From Candidatus Iainarchaeum sp. (lineage in GTDB: Archaea > Iainarchaeota > Iainarchaeia > Iainarchaeales > UBA10219), in assembly GCA_018304425.1 (NCBI GenBank), contig JAGVWE010000005.1, positions 96,001 through 160,000 of the forward strand: a DNA stretch of 64,000 nt. The letters are read 5' to 3'. A program made the position numbers and the translations under genes. Within the stretch, counting starts at the first letter, position 1, and every line of letters begins with the position of its first letter. Shown in pieces: positions 1 to 10,509 of the stretch. Under the pieces are notes generated by a model. That model saw only the letters and a list, made by a program, of their open reading frames with translations. It searched no databases and was not told where the DNA came from.

Positions 1-225
1 TCCTGCACCCAAAAACCATCAGCCCACTGCGCGAGAAAGGCATCGAAGCCTGGATTCGCAGCGTGCACGAGCCATGCAGGACAGGCACCCGCATCCACGC
101 CAAGCCCTTTCAGTTTGGGCGGGCGGCGGAAGCATTTTATACCCCCTAAAGGGGCAAGGGTTCTCTCGGGACAGGTCCCTAACCCAGCGAAAACGCTTTA
201 AACACCCCCCGAACACAAGATATGC

Positions 226-2637
226 ATGCATATGGGGCAAAGAGGCGCCATCCCGGTTTGGCTTATCCTCCTGGTCTTGGTCGGCAGCTTCCTCGGGGTG
301 AGCCTGCTTACCTCCCTTGACCCCCTGGGCCTCAAGGAAAAACTCGGTCTGGACAAGGAATCCGTGAAACCGCCTTCCACCGGCGCGGACGCCGGAACCA
401 ATGCACCGGGCAGCGGGGGGGCCACACCCGAACAAGTCCAGGAAAGCCTGCTGGCCAATCTCTCCAAGGAATGGATGGGCGTGGACCAGGAACAGATGAG
501 CCACCGGTTCCCCTGGCCCCGGCAAATCGAGTTCACCGTGACCCCGGAAAGCACTGGCTTCGTCCTCCGCGCGCCGCTGTTCAGGCCCGAAAAGCATTCG
601 GTGGATGGACAGGAAACCCTGGACTGGTTGCAACCCCCTGATATTCAGGTCCTGGACAACCAGGTGCCGGGCCAGCAACGGGAAACCAATCAATTGTTTT
701 ACGTGTACTTGCCCCAAGATGATGAATTCAATGGAGTGGTGAATGCAGAGGGGTTCAGCCACTATTTTGATGCAACCCTGGAAGACCCTGAACTGGACGG
801 CAGCCAATTCGGCGAATTGCCCTACCAGCTGACCCTGTACTCAAAGGAAGGGGCCTTCGAGCAGGCGTTCAAGGACATGAGAGGCCTGGGCCTCCGCGAG
901 CGCACGCTGTACGCCACGCTTGGCATCGATTATGGCTTGTGGCAAAACGGTTTGTACGCCGACCATCCCGTGGGCCTGAAAATCCACCTCCGCGATTTGG
1001 AGGCACGACCCACACAGCCCCTGGAATTGTTCGCCTACTACCAGGGGGAAGTGGACGACTACCCGAATGTTCCGGGCGTCATCAACCCCAAGGCCTATGA
1101 GCGGGTGGTGGAAGTCTATGCGCCCCGCTACCCCAACCTGGACGCAGCAGCCCCCCTGGAAACGCGTAGCATCCGAGTCGTGCAATTCTACCGCCGCCTC
1201 CAGGAGGGAACCACTGGGCCCTTGTTCCTGCCCCTGGCAGGTGGTGGCGTGCTTGCCTTCAAATCCAAGGGCAAGGGCATGGCTGCGCGAACGCCTCCGG
1301 TGCTGGGCGAGTTGATTCCTGGCAGCCCACCCAGAGTGGAATGGAGTTTCGAATTTCCACGACAGGCCTTGACGCCAACGGAAGCCTATGGACTCGAACT
1401 CACCCTCAACAACAAGAAGGCAGACCTGCGCTTTGCAAGGAACGAGTCCTCCTTGAGTGAAAGCACGTTCCAGCCCGACGCGTTTTACCCGGTGTCCTAC
1501 GCAGTTGCCTTTGGCGAGGCCTTTGACCCGGAGAAGATTCGAGCCGAACAGCTGGCCAGGCTGGCTTTCCTGAAAGTAAACCACCAGCGATTGGCCGAAG
1601 GCCTGCCGCCCTTGCAGTGGGATTCAAGGCTGGCCATCGCTGCCCAGGCCCATAGCCAGGCCATGGCGGAAAACGCCGAACTCAGCCACACGGTTTCAGG
1701 GGAAAGGGAATTGGCCGGCCGCTTGCTGGACGCGGGCCTGGGCGGGAAAGCAAAGGGGTGGGCGGAAAACATTGCCTCGATTCCCCTCAATGGCCGAAGC
1801 CTTTCCATGGATGCCCTTGCCTTGGCCGAGGAAGCAGTGAGTTTGTGGATGCACAGCAGCGGGCACGAAACCAATATCTTGAACCCGGCTTACACCCATG
1901 CCGGGATGGGCATCGCCATCGAGCGAGGCTATGCCTACTTCACCCAAGACTTTGCAGGCCTTCCACTGCCAGTCAAGCAAAAAAAAGAGGCCCTGCCCGT
2001 ACCCCTGCCAGCGCCAACGGCGCCTCTCCTGCCGGAACCCCCTACATGTGGTTGCCAGAGCATCCAGTTGGTGACGCAGGGACCCATCGACCCCGCTTTC
2101 GGTGACCTCAAGGTCACGCAACTGGGCGCCTACGCCATCACGAACAAGCCACCCCACGGAGTGCTCGCCAAATTCGCGCACGTCGTGGACGCCAGTCTGG
2201 CCCCAGGCAGCGATGCAGCTCAGTGCAGGGTGGAACAAAAGTCGAAGGGCACCACGCTCTACAGGGCGGGCACAAGCAATGAATTAGCAGTGCATCATGA
2301 AATGTTTGGCGCGCAAGCGCCCTACAAGGGCGAGACCCTTATATCGGATGACTCGGAAGAAAACATCGTGAGAAAAGACAATCGCATCCTCGTGCTCAAC
2401 GTGCCCCGCTTTGAAACAAACACCTCCGACACCTTGCCAGCGAAGGTGCAGCAGCTTACCCTCATCCGGGTCGCGCCGCCGGGAAATGCGGCGAACGACG
2501 GCACAGCAAATGCCTGTGAGTGCCGCATCGAGCAGGCACTGGACATTGGCCTCAATGCGGGCGGGGAATGGGAGCCCAAATGGAGTGTTTCAGCGGACTG
2601 CGCGCCTTCCGCTGTCGCTTCCACGAGCAGCAGATGA
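226..2637 (+). CDS. Large secreted/membrane-anchored protein with CAP (SCP/PR-1) domain
   Basis: N-terminal QRG-AIPVWLILLVLVG hydrophobic segment; CAP motifs VNHQR..LQWD..AQAHS..ENI..WMHSSGH..NIL..GMGI at aa ~450-580; true start may be 232. Confidence 0.75.
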   Translation: MHMGQRGAIPVWLILLVLVGSFLGVSLLTSLDPLGLKEKLGLDKESVKPPSTGADAGTNAPGSGGATPEQVQESLLANLSKEWMGVDQEQMSHRFPWPRQIEFTVTPESTGFVLRAPLFRPEKHSVDGQETLDWLQPPDIQVLDNQVPGQQRETNQLFYVYLPQDDEFNGVVNAEGFSHYFDATLEDPELDGSQFGELPYQLTLYSKEGAFEQAFKDMRGLGLRERTLYATLGIDYGLWQNGLYADHPVGLKIHLRDLEARPTQPLELFAYYQGEVDDYPNVPGVINPKAYERVVEVYAPRYPNLDAAAPLETRSIRVVQFYRRLQEGTTGPLFLPLAGGGVLAFKSKGKGMAARTPPVLGELIPGSPPRVEWSFEFPRQALTPTEAYGLELTLNNKKADLRFARNESSLSESTFQPDAFYPVSYAVAFGEAFDPEKIRAEQLARLAFLKVNHQRLAEGLPPLQWDSRLAIAAQAHSQAMAENAELSHTVSGERELAGRLLDAGLGGKAKGWAENIASIPLNGRSLSMDALALAEEAVSLWMHSSGHETNILNPAYTHAGMGIAIERGYAYFTQDFAGLPLPVKQKKEALPVPLPAPTAPLLPEPPTCGCQSIQLVTQGPIDPAFGDLKVTQLGAYAITNKPPHGVLAKFAHVVDASLAPGSDAAQCRVEQKSKGTTLYRAGTSNELAVHHEMFGAQAPYKGETLISDDSEENIVRKDNRILVLNVPRFETNTSDTLPAKVQQLTLIRVAPPGNAANDGTANACECRIEQALDIGLNAGGEWEPKWSVSADCAPSAVASTSSR

Positions 2638-2648
2638 AAAAATGAGAG

Positions 2649-2723
2649 CGCCCCAGAGCGGATTCGAACCGCTGACCTGTCGGTTAACAGCCGACCGCTC
2701 TAACCGGACTGAGCTACCGGGGC
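2649..2723 (-). tRNA. tRNA-Asn(GTT)
   Basis: Cloverleaf GCCCCGG...CTGGGGC, anticodon loop CTGTTAA, T-loop GTTCGAATC. Confidence 0.95.
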
Positions 2724-3001
2724 AAAGCGAAAAACAGCTTTATAGGAGTGACCTGATTAGGTAATAAAAACGTTTGCCACCGGCTGGCAGTCAAACCCAA
2801 AGACGCATTAACAGCCTAGCCAGACCGGCAAAAAACGGACAAGTTCATGGTTTTCTGCGACCTTAATTGGCGGCAAATCAATTTATTACACTTCAAATCG
2901 TTCAATTCGCCCTAATTAACGTTCTTTTTTTGCTTATTTTCTTCGTTAATCGTGGAAGTAGGGGTTCCACAATCGCCGGCCGGTGGAGGAAAGCGTAAAA
3001 G

Positions 3002-3264
3002 TGGGCGCACCCGATAGTGGATTGCGTCAAGAAACAAGGGTTTGGCATTGCGCGTGCTCGCTTCCGTAGCCCTCTGAGCATCAGCCGTTTAAGCTACCCC
3101 TTCCGGGCCTGGCGGGGTTCACTTAAGCGGTTAACCTCACAGGACAGAAGGTCAATGCCGTGGCAATGAGCCCAATGCTGCCTGGACAACCGCCTCTCGG
3201 GTTTCGGTCCCGGCTGAAGTGGATGTCCGGTCACAGGGAACCACTAGCTCCCCAACCTAGCCCA
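3002..3264 (-). ncRNA. ffs: Archaeal SRP (7S) RNA
   Basis: Helix-8 signature CCGCCAGGCCCGGAAGGG; 5' TGGGCTAGG pairs with 3' GCCCA; TATA-like TTTATAAA upstream; T-run downstream. Confidence 0.85.
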
Positions 3265-3520
3265 AGCAATTAAAGCGGGCTTTGTTTATAAAGGCATATG
3301 CTTTACCCTGAAAAGAGTGTTAATTTGGTTTATTTTCCGAAACAAAACGTATATAAAGGAGTTTACGCACAATATAAGCAATTTTTATGATATTGCAGGG
3401 CCTTTGCCTTTTCGCCGGGGTTTTGCAATTATAAAGTCATAAAAAGCCAAAAAAGACTCCCGATGCGTTAACTCCCAATACGTTAGCGAATTGTGGCAGT
3501 TTTTAGTGAGGGGTGATGTA

Positions 3521-4609
3521 ATGAAGTCGTTAATTGAAGGCGCCCGCGAAACCAGTACCGCGAGCGTTGAAGACAAGTTAGAAGAATTCGGTGCACCAAA
3601 GATCATGGTCATCGGAGCCGGCGGAGCGGGCTGTAACGCCATCAACCGGTTGGCCACCATGGGCATTTCAGGCGCGCAGCTGTGTGCCATCAACACGGAC
3701 AAGCAGCACCTGGCCATCGTCAACGACGAAGTAACCAAGATACTGATTGGAAAGAGCGTCACGAGGGGACTCGGAGCCGGCGGCTACCCAGAAATCGGGG
3801 CCAAGGCAGCCGAAGTCTCGCGCGCAGCCCTCGAAGAAGTCCTGAGCGGCGTGGACATGCTCTTCATCTCGGCCGGAATGGGCGGCGGAACCGGAACCGG
3901 CTCAGCCCCAATCGTCGCCGAGATAGCCAAAGAACAGGGCGCCATTGTGATTGCAATGGTCACCTACCCCTTCGCGCTTGAAAAGGCGAGGCTCATCAAG
4001 GCCGAAGAAGGAATCGACACTTTGAGGAACGTCTGCGACACGGTAGTCGTAATCGACAACAACCGCTTGGTGGAGCTGGTGCCCAACCTGCCCATCCAGG
4101 ACGCGTTCAAGGTGGCAGACGAAGTCGTGGCGCGCACCGTGCGCGGCATCACCGAGACCATCACGCAGCCAAGCCTGATTAACTTGGACTACGCGGATGT
4201 GCGCAGCGTGATGAGCAGCCACGGGCTGTCCGTCATCGCGGTCGGCGAGTCCAAGAGCGTGGACAAGGTCAACGAAGTCGTTGAAGACACCCTGAAGAAC
4301 GCCTTGCTCGACGTCGACATTGCGGGCGCCAGCGGTGCCTTGATTCACATCACGGGCGGACCCGAGTTGACCCTGGGAGAAGCCAACGACGTCGGCGAGT
4401 TGCTGACCGAGCGGATTGACCCCAAGGCAACGGTCATCTGGGGCGCGAGAGTCGACCCCACCTTCGAGAACCGAATGGAAGTCATCTCCATCTTCACCGG
4501 CGTCCACAGCCCCTACATCAAGGGCAGGGACGAGGAAGTCGTTGAAGCGAGGAGCAGCAGCCGCAGCGCGAACCGCAAGAGCGGCCTCGACATCGACTAC
4601 ATCCGGTAA
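3521..4609 (+). CDS. ftsZ: Cell division protein FtsZ
   Basis: [20 protein letters not shown] tubulin signature, NLDYAD; SD GAGGGGTGA before ATG 3521. Confidence 0.97.
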   Translation: MKSLIEGARETSTASVEDKLEEFGAPKIMVIGAGGAGCNAINRLATMGISGAQLCAINTDKQHLAIVNDEVTKILIGKSVTRGLGAGGYPEIGAKAAEVSRAALEEVLSGVDMLFISAGMGGGTGTGSAPIVAEIAKEQGAIVIAMVTYPFALEKARLIKAEEGIDTLRNVCDTVVVIDNNRLVELVPNLPIQDAFKVADEVVARTVRGITETITQPSLINLDYADVRSVMSSHGLSVIAVGESKSVDKVNEVVEDTLKNALLDVDIAGASGALIHITGGPELTLGEANDVGELLTERIDPKATVIWGARVDPTFENRMEVISIFTGVHSPYIKGRDEEVVEARSSSRSANRKSGLDIDYIR

Positions 4610-4684
4610 AGAAAGGAATCCATCCCCCGGCCCCTTTTACAAGCCGGGGGACACCCCTCATTTTCTATTTCTCGCTTCGTTTCC

Positions 4685-6103
4685 TCAAAAAAACAGCGGC
4701 AGCGCGTTGAGCAGGAACAGGGCCGCGAGGGGGACGAGGAATAGCCTTCCAATCAGTTTCATGGTGGCCTTGCGGGGCATGCGTAGGAAGCCGAGGTAGG
4801 GGAGGAAGAGGAGTTGCGCGATTCTGCCTCCGTCGAAGACTCCCAAGGGAAGGAAGTTGACGGTTGCCACCAGGAAGTTCAGGATGAACAGCCAGTTGAG
4901 GAAGCTGAACACCATGCCAATGGCCAGGCGGTAGAAGGTGTAGGCCGGGGGCACCTCAAAGCCCGGGTTGCCGACTTCCCGGACGACGAAGCCGAACAAA
5001 CCGAGTTCGTTGGGGGAAATGGTTTTCTGGACCAACGTACCATCCGCCAGGCCCAGGGAAAAGGAAACCGGCTTGAACTTGTTCAAGGCAATCTCGCTGG
5101 AAACATCGCTGGCCCGTTTCACGGGCTTGCCGTTGATGGCCTGAATGACCATCCCCTTTTCAAGGGCCCGGTGGGCGGGGCTGTCATAGGTGTCGCCACA
5201 GAACGAGAAGTTCTCGGAAACGCTTTCGACCACCACCTGGCTGACGCTGGCCTCGTGGATTTGAGTGGCCCAGGGGTTCACGAAGGCAGCCAAGCCGGCT
5301 GCCAAGACCAACACCAGCACCTGGATGACGACCAGGGAAAACAGGTTGGCGGTAGGCCCGGCGGCGTACAAGCGCAGCTGGCTCCGGTCCCTGGCTGCCT
5401 TGAGTTCCTTGTCATCCGGTTCCACGAATGCTCCGATGGGTAGGAACCCCAACAGCAAGAGGCCGGCCGACTTGACCTTTATTTTTTCGCGGCGGGCCAG
5501 GATGCCGTGCATGCCTTCGTGGATGAGCAGGATGAGGAGCAGGGAGAGCCAGGCGTGCACGGGCACGACAATGGGCACGTTCGGGATTTCCACTCCCGGA
5601 ATCAGGGGCGCGACGCCGGGGCAAGCCTTTTTGCCCAACAAGAACTTGGAAACGATGTCGGCTGCCTGTACAATCAGGGCCAGGATGGTGAAGCCGGCAA
5701 AGCCCAACAGGCCATAGGCCAGCGAGAAAACCCAGAACAGGGGTTTCATGAGTGGGTTGCCGGACATCAGGCCGGCCAAGGCAAAGTCAAGGCCGTAGAA
5801 GACCGCATAGAGCCCGGCAATGGCTGCCGCGAACAAGGCCAGGCGCTGGGCGAGGGGCTTGTGTCGCAAGTACAGGTAGTCCACGGCGAAGGCCCCAAAG
5901 CCAAGGACCAGGCCGGCTTCCGCGAACCAGTCCAGGGGTCTTCCAATCCGTGCCAACTGGTCGAACAAGGGCAGGGGCTTCTTGGTGCGGATGAGCGTAA
6001 TAACGTAGTGGGTTTGGAACCGCGTGAATTTCTTGAACAACCAGGTTACGGCCAAGGCGACCAATAGAAAGGCGGCCAACAGCAAACCGAAATTCATGGA
6101 CAA
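4685..6103 (-). CDS. Site-2 protease (M50) membrane metalloprotease with PDZ-like insert
   Basis: HEGMH, GAFVEPD, AGP, NFLP..FDGG motifs; multiple TM segments. Confidence 0.9.
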   Translation of the reverse strand: MSMNFGLLLAAFLLVALAVTWLFKKFTRFQTHYVITLIRTKKPLPLFDQLARIGRPLDWFAEAGLVLGFGAFAVDYLYLRHKPLAQRLALFAAAIAGLYAVFYGLDFALAGLMSGNPLMKPLFWVFSLAYGLLGFAGFTILALIVQAADIVSKFLLGKKACPGVAPLIPGVEIPNVPIVVPVHAWLSLLLILLIHEGMHGILARREKIKVKSAGLLLLGFLPIGAFVEPDDKELKAARDRSQLRLYAAGPTANLFSLVVIQVLVLVLAAGLAAFVNPWATQIHEASVSQVVVESVSENFSFCGDTYDSPAHRALEKGMVIQAINGKPVKRASDVSSEIALNKFKPVSFSLGLADGTLVQKTISPNELGLFGFVVREVGNPGFEVPPAYTFYRLAIGMVFSFLNWLFILNFLVATVNFLPLGVFDGGRIAQLLFLPYLGFLRMPRKATMKLIGRLFLVPLAALFLLNALPLFF

Positions 6104-6227
6104 AGTTGTGGGGCCATACGTTTAAGAACGTTGATTGCAGGCCCCCAAGAAAAGGATTGCGACAGGCAGGGCACCTGTACTATTCGGGTTGTGCGTTTGC
6201 CCAAATTTGGCAGGGCCAAGAAAGGGG

Positions 6228-6353
6228 AAAAAGTAGGGAGAAAGAAGCGTTGCCGCTTCTTCTCCAGCTGCTAAGAGAGTTCTGCAAAGACCTAGATATG
6301 CGAATCGGGTTAGCTCACCAACACTAAGTCTTTGGCCCTTTTCAGGGCCAATA
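6228..6353 (-). ncRNA. Candidate structured small RNA (unassigned)
   Basis: TATA TTTATATA at 6379-6372; three consecutive hairpins, the last with a GCAA tetraloop; T-run. Confidence 0.4.
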
Positions 6354-6584
6354 CCATTGGGCCCTACCTTGTATATAAACGTTATCTTGGCACAGTAAAA
6401 AGGGCGGAATGTTTAAATACATCCAAGGCTTTTTGGATTTTGTCTGCCGCTCAAGGCAATTAATTCGTCTCCTGCCGTTAAAAAAAATTTAAAACTGTGC
6501 GTTTTAGTACATTTTCCGGTTCTTTTGTGGGGGAAGTTGGACGGGCTTCATTGGATTAAGTAATTTTCGCCCCTACTTGTTCGC

Positions 6585-7610
6585 ATGGGCACGGCCATTG
6601 GCGAGCTGCTGGTCAGGGAAGAGATTTCCCTGGACTATTTGAAGGGCCGGCGCGTCGGCATTGACTCCCACAACATCCTGTACCAGTTCCTCTCCAGCAT
6701 CCGCAGCTATGACGGCACGCCCTTGATGGACTCCCATGGAAATGTCACCAGCCATTTGACTGGCTTGCTGTATCGGACGGTAAACTTGCTGGAAAAAGAC
6801 GTCAAGCCGGTCTTTGTCTTTGACGGGGTGCCCAGCAAACTCAAAAAAGAGACCCTCGAGGAACGAAAAAGGATTCGAACCGAGGCCCTGGCCAGGCACG
6901 AAGAGGCCTTGAAGGCCGGGGACTTGGAGGAGGCGCGGAAGATGGGGGCCAGGTCGGTGCGGTTGACGCCTGAGATGATTGCCGAAGCGAAGAAACTCAT
7001 CGAGGCCCTGGGCCTGCCCCTGGTTCAAGCGCTCGACGAAGGCGAAGCCCAAATCGCGGGCATGGTTTCCAGGGGCACATTGTTCGGCTGCGTGAGCCAG
7101 GACTATGACTCCCTGCTGTTTGGCGCTAGCCGCGTGCTGCGGAACATTGCCGTGACCGGCAAGCGGAAGATGCCTGGCCGAAACCTCTTCATTGACGTGA
7201 GCCCGGAACTCATCGAGTTGCAGAAGTGCCTGGAAACCCTGAAGATTGACCGCCGCAAGCTGGTGTGGATCGGCCTGCTCATCGGAACGGACTTCAACGA
7301 GAAGTTCCCCAACATCGGCCCCAAGAAAGCGCTGAAACTGGTGCAAGACAACGATTCCTTCGAGAAAATCGTGGAGGCGACCGGGTACACGCCGGGCTTC
7401 GATTACCGCGAAATCGAGGAAATCTTCTTGAACCCGAAGTTCAACGAGGTGCCCTTGCCCGAGTTCAGGAAACCCGACCGCGAGCGCGTCAAGGAACTCC
7501 TGTGCGAACAACACGACTTCTCCCTGGAACGAGTCATGAACGCCTTGGACAAGCTCGAGAAAAAAACCGAGGAAAAGGGCGCCCAGGCAAGCCTCAGCAA
7601 GTGGTTTTAG
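6585..7610 (+). CDS. fen: Flap endonuclease 1
   Basis: YQFLSSIR, FVFDG, EGEAQ, SQDYDSLLFGA, GTDFN, C-terminal PIP box QASLSKWF. Confidence 0.97.
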   Translation: MGTAIGELLVREEISLDYLKGRRVGIDSHNILYQFLSSIRSYDGTPLMDSHGNVTSHLTGLLYRTVNLLEKDVKPVFVFDGVPSKLKKETLEERKRIRTEALARHEEALKAGDLEEARKMGARSVRLTPEMIAEAKKLIEALGLPLVQALDEGEAQIAGMVSRGTLFGCVSQDYDSLLFGASRVLRNIAVTGKRKMPGRNLFIDVSPELIELQKCLETLKIDRRKLVWIGLLIGTDFNEKFPNIGPKKALKLVQDNDSFEKIVEATGYTPGFDYREIEEIFLNPKFNEVPLPEFRKPDRERVKELLCEQHDFSLERVMNALDKLEKKTEEKGAQASLSKWF

Positions 7611-7628
7611 CTAGTCGACGGTGCCGGG

Positions 7629-8903
7629 TCAGCAGACGGCCCTGATTTTCAGCTTCCAATGCTTCATGGCCTCGCGCGCCACCGAAAGCGAGCCGCAGAC
7701 CAGGAGGAGGTCGTCTCTTCCGGCGAGTTTCTCGGCTTGCTCGATGGCGGCCGAGACCGTGGCTTCCTGCAGGGTCTGGCGGGCACGCGAAAAAGGCCGC
7801 AACTCCGCTGTTTCGGCGGCGCGCCAGCTCTTCGGTTTCGCCAGGATGAGGGTGTCGGCTTTGGGGGAAAGATAGTCCAGCATTTCCCGGAAGTCCTTGT
7901 CCCGGTAACAGCCGAACACCACGAACAACTGTTTGAAGGAAAAGAGCTTGAGGGATTGGGACAAGCGCTTCAAGCAGTCCGGGTTGTGGCCGGCGTCAAT
8001 GAGGGTCAAGGGCCGCCTTCGGCGGGAGATGACCTGCAGGCGGCAGGGCCAAAAGGTCTTTTCCAGTCCCAGGCGGATGGCGCGGTCGGAGACCGGGAAG
8101 CCGCGCTTGCGGAGGAGATAGGCCGCAGAAGCCGCGAGGGCCGCGTTCTCGACCTGGTGAAAGCCCAGCAGGGAAACCCTGAGGCCGGAAAGCTTGCAGG
8201 GATACAACAAGTCGAACGTGCTGCCCCGGTCGGTTGACTCCGCCAACTCATAGCGGGGCCGGATGACGGCCGCGTTCTTCGCGCGCGCCATCCGCTGGAT
8301 GGTGGCAAGGGCCTCGCCTTCGGCGTTCGTCACCGCCAATGAATTGAATTTGATGATGCCGGCTTTCTCGGACGCGATTTGCCGGAGGGTGTCGCCGAGG
8401 ATTTGCGTGTGCTCCAGGGAAATGTTGGTGATGACGTTGACCAGGCCGTTCAAGACATTCGTCGCGTCGAGGCGGCCGCCCAGGCCGACCTCGCACACCA
8501 GGAAATCCACTTTTTCATCCAAGAAATGCTTGAGCGCAGCGCAGGTCAGGACCTCGAAGTGCATGGGCCTTTCCTCCATCAGGTCCACGATTTTCCGGGC
8601 CCACGACATCAGGGAGGCAAACGCTTTCTTCGTGCAAGGCCGGCAGTTGACCGCGATTCGCTCGGGGTAGTCCAGCAGATGGGGACTGGTGTAGAGGCCG
8701 ACCTTGTAGCCTTCCACGCGCAGGATGCGCGCCAGCATCGAGGCCACGCTGCCCTTGCCGTTCGAGCCCGCCACGTGGATGACTTTCAAGTCAGCGAAAT
8801 CGAGTTTGGCCATGCGGAGGAAACGCTCCACGCGCTCCAGGCCCAGCTTCATCGAGAACTCGTCAAAGGAATCCAGCCAGGCCACGGCTTCCCGATAGTT
8901 CAT
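7629..8903 (-). CDS. folC: Folylpolyglutamate synthase/dihydrofolate synthase
   Basis: HVAGSNGKGS, YTSPHL, EVGLGGRLDATN, EKAGI, DAGHNP; start MNYREAV overlaps pcm stop. Confidence 0.93.
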   Translation of the reverse strand: MNYREAVAWLDSFDEFSMKLGLERVERFLRMAKLDFADLKVIHVAGSNGKGSVASMLARILRVEGYKVGLYTSPHLLDYPERIAVNCRPCTKKAFASLMSWARKIVDLMEERPMHFEVLTCAALKHFLDEKVDFLVCEVGLGGRLDATNVLNGLVNVITNISLEHTQILGDTLRQIASEKAGIIKFNSLAVTNAEGEALATIQRMARAKNAAVIRPRYELAESTDRGSTFDLLYPCKLSGLRVSLLGFHQVENAALAASAAYLLRKRGFPVSDRAIRLGLEKTFWPCRLQVISRRRRPLTLIDAGHNPDCLKRLSQSLKLFSFKQLFVVFGCYRDKDFREMLDYLSPKADTLILAKPKSWRAAETAELRPFSRARQTLQEATVSAAIEQAEKLAGRDDLLLVCGSLSVAREAMKHWKLKIRAVC

Positions 8904-9574
8904 GCCATCCCGCCCCCGAAGCCATGCCTGCCCTTTAAGGGCACGAAAACGTAATAGTTTTCCGAGAACTCTTCTTTGAGGAGCTGGCCCCTTTTTTTGT
9001 GTAAACTGGTCAGGGTCTGGGTGTGTGCGTCCCCGACCGGCCCGACCACCCTCCCGCCGTCCGCCAACTGGTCGAACAAGGGCTTGGGGATGAAGGGGCA
9101 GGCGGCCGAGACCAGGATGCGGTCGAAGGGCGCGTGTTCCGGGAGGCCCTGGGAGCCGTCTCCCTGCACGGATTCCGCGTTCCTGCAACCCATCGCTGCC
9201 AGGTTCTTCTTGGATTGCCCGGCGAGTTCCTCCAACAACTCGACACCAAACACCTTTCCCGCTGCGCCCACGAGATGCGCGAGCAAAGCAAGGACGTAAC
9301 CACAGCCCGAGCCCACTTCCAGGACTTTCTGGCCGGGCCGCACCTGCAGCAGTTCCAGCATGGAGGCAAGGGTGGAGGGCTGGGAAATGGTTTGGCCGTG
9401 GCCAATGGGAAAGGCCGCGTCCACATAGGCTTGTTCCCGCGCGCCCACGGGAAAAAAGGCTTCGCGGGGCACGGCGAGAAAGGCTTCCCGGACTTCCCGG
9501 GAGCGGATGGCCTGGGATTGCTCCAGGAAGGCGACGAGTTGCTCGCGTTTGAGCCGGAAAACGTCTGCTGGCAT
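8900..9574 (-). CDS. pcm: Protein-L-isoaspartate O-methyltransferase
   Basis: GQTISQP, VLEVGSGCGY, APFDRI, FVPL. Confidence 0.95.
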   Translation of the reverse strand: MPADVFRLKREQLVAFLEQSQAIRSREVREAFLAVPREAFFPVGAREQAYVDAAFPIGHGQTISQPSTLASMLELLQVRPGQKVLEVGSGCGYVLALLAHLVGAAGKVFGVELLEELAGQSKKNLAAMGCRNAESVQGDGSQGLPEHAPFDRILVSAACPFIPKPLFDQLADGGRVVGPVGDAHTQTLTSLHKKRGQLLKEEFSENYYVFVPLKGRHGFGGGMA

Positions 9575-9579
9575 CTGCC

Positions 9580-10509
9580 CTACCTCAGTTTCTCCCGTTC
9601 CCGTATCAACTTGAGCAGGTCCTTGGCCTTGTGGAGGGTTTCGAGGTCTTCTTCGCCGATGACCGGGATGTCCTCGACTTTCCGTGCCTTGAATTCCTTG
9701 GCGAGGATGACGGCGTGTGCAGCCAGCGTTTCCCCGGACTTGCCGAGGTCCAACGCCTTTCTCTGGATGTCCGCCTTCTTGTGTCCCAGGCTGATGAGCA
9801 GCCCCTCCGAGGGCTGGGTGAATGCGTCAAAGGGCGCGCGGTGGAATTCCGCGAGTTTCAGGCCCAGGTCATGGATTTTCTGCAAGAGCTCGTCTTCAAA
9901 GTGCTCGGAGAACAGTTCCCGTTCCGGGATGGGCTCGTGCCCGGTTTCCCCCAAGAAATTGGCTTGCTTGATGAGCGTGCACTTGAAGTAGGCTTCCAGC
10001 TTGCGCGCCGTGTCCAGGGAAGTCGAGGCCCCGGCCTCAAAGCGGTGGAGGCTCTCCTTGGCGAGGCCCACCTGCTCCGCCACCTCGGAGAGTGGTTTGC
10101 CGGCTTCCTCCCGTTTCCGGCGCATGGCATCCGCATCGAGTTCGACGATGGACTTGCCCTTGTAGTATTTGATGTAGGGCGCGCGCTCGTCCAAGAGGTC
10201 GGCGAAGGAGCCCAGGTTCAGCACCGGGATGTCGTGGCGCTCGTAAACCATGCCCCGCTGCAGGGAAAAGGCCTTGGTTTTTTCGCCGAGGATGAGGGCT
10301 TCGGCGTTGAAAATCTTTTCCAGTTTCCGGAGCTCGGTGGCGTGCTCCGGCCGCAGCGCATCGATGTTGCCGAACACCTTCACCAAGAGGGTGAGGTTCG
10401 GGCTCCGCGCGATCAAGTCAAAGCAGCTGTTGGTGTGGTAGAAGGTCGCGACCCGGAAGCCATGCCGTTCAAGGAGGGAGAGGGCCCTGGCCAGGAGTTC
10501 CTGCCGCAT
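9580..10509 (-). CDS. Conserved archaeal HTH transcriptional regulator (COG1395-like)
   Basis: FDLIAR..LLVKV..NID, VYERHDIP, Cro-type HTH (LSEVAEQVGLAKESLHRFE), APFDA. Confidence 0.85.
   Translation of the reverse strand: MRQELLARALSLLERHGFRVATFYHTNSCFDLIARSPNLTLLVKVFGNIDALRPEHATELRKLEKIFNAEALILGEKTKAFSLQRGMVYERHDIPVLNLGSFADLLDERAPYIKYYKGKSIVELDADAMRRKREEAGKPLSEVAEQVGLAKESLHRFEAGASTSLDTARKLEAYFKCTLIKQANFLGETGHEPIPERELFSEHFEDELLQKIHDLGLKLAEFHRAPFDAFTQPSEGLLISLGHKKADIQRKALDLGKSGETLAAHAVILAKEFKARKVEDIPVIGEEDLETLHKAKDLLKLIREREKLR

Noticed and set aside
2760-3000. Replication origin (AT-rich, GTGGAAGTAGGGG)
   Set aside because: Single weak ORB-like match, no cdc6/orc1 nearby; promoter and terminator sequence explains it
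4625-4650. Hairpin with TTTTACAA loop after ftsZ as another repeat copy
   Set aside because: Stem differs and the linker plus hairpin 2 are missing; probably a terminator between convergent genes
6228-6367. Divergent 5S rRNA
   Set aside because: Lacks 5S loop C/E motifs and the two-arm topology; kept only as an unassigned candidate
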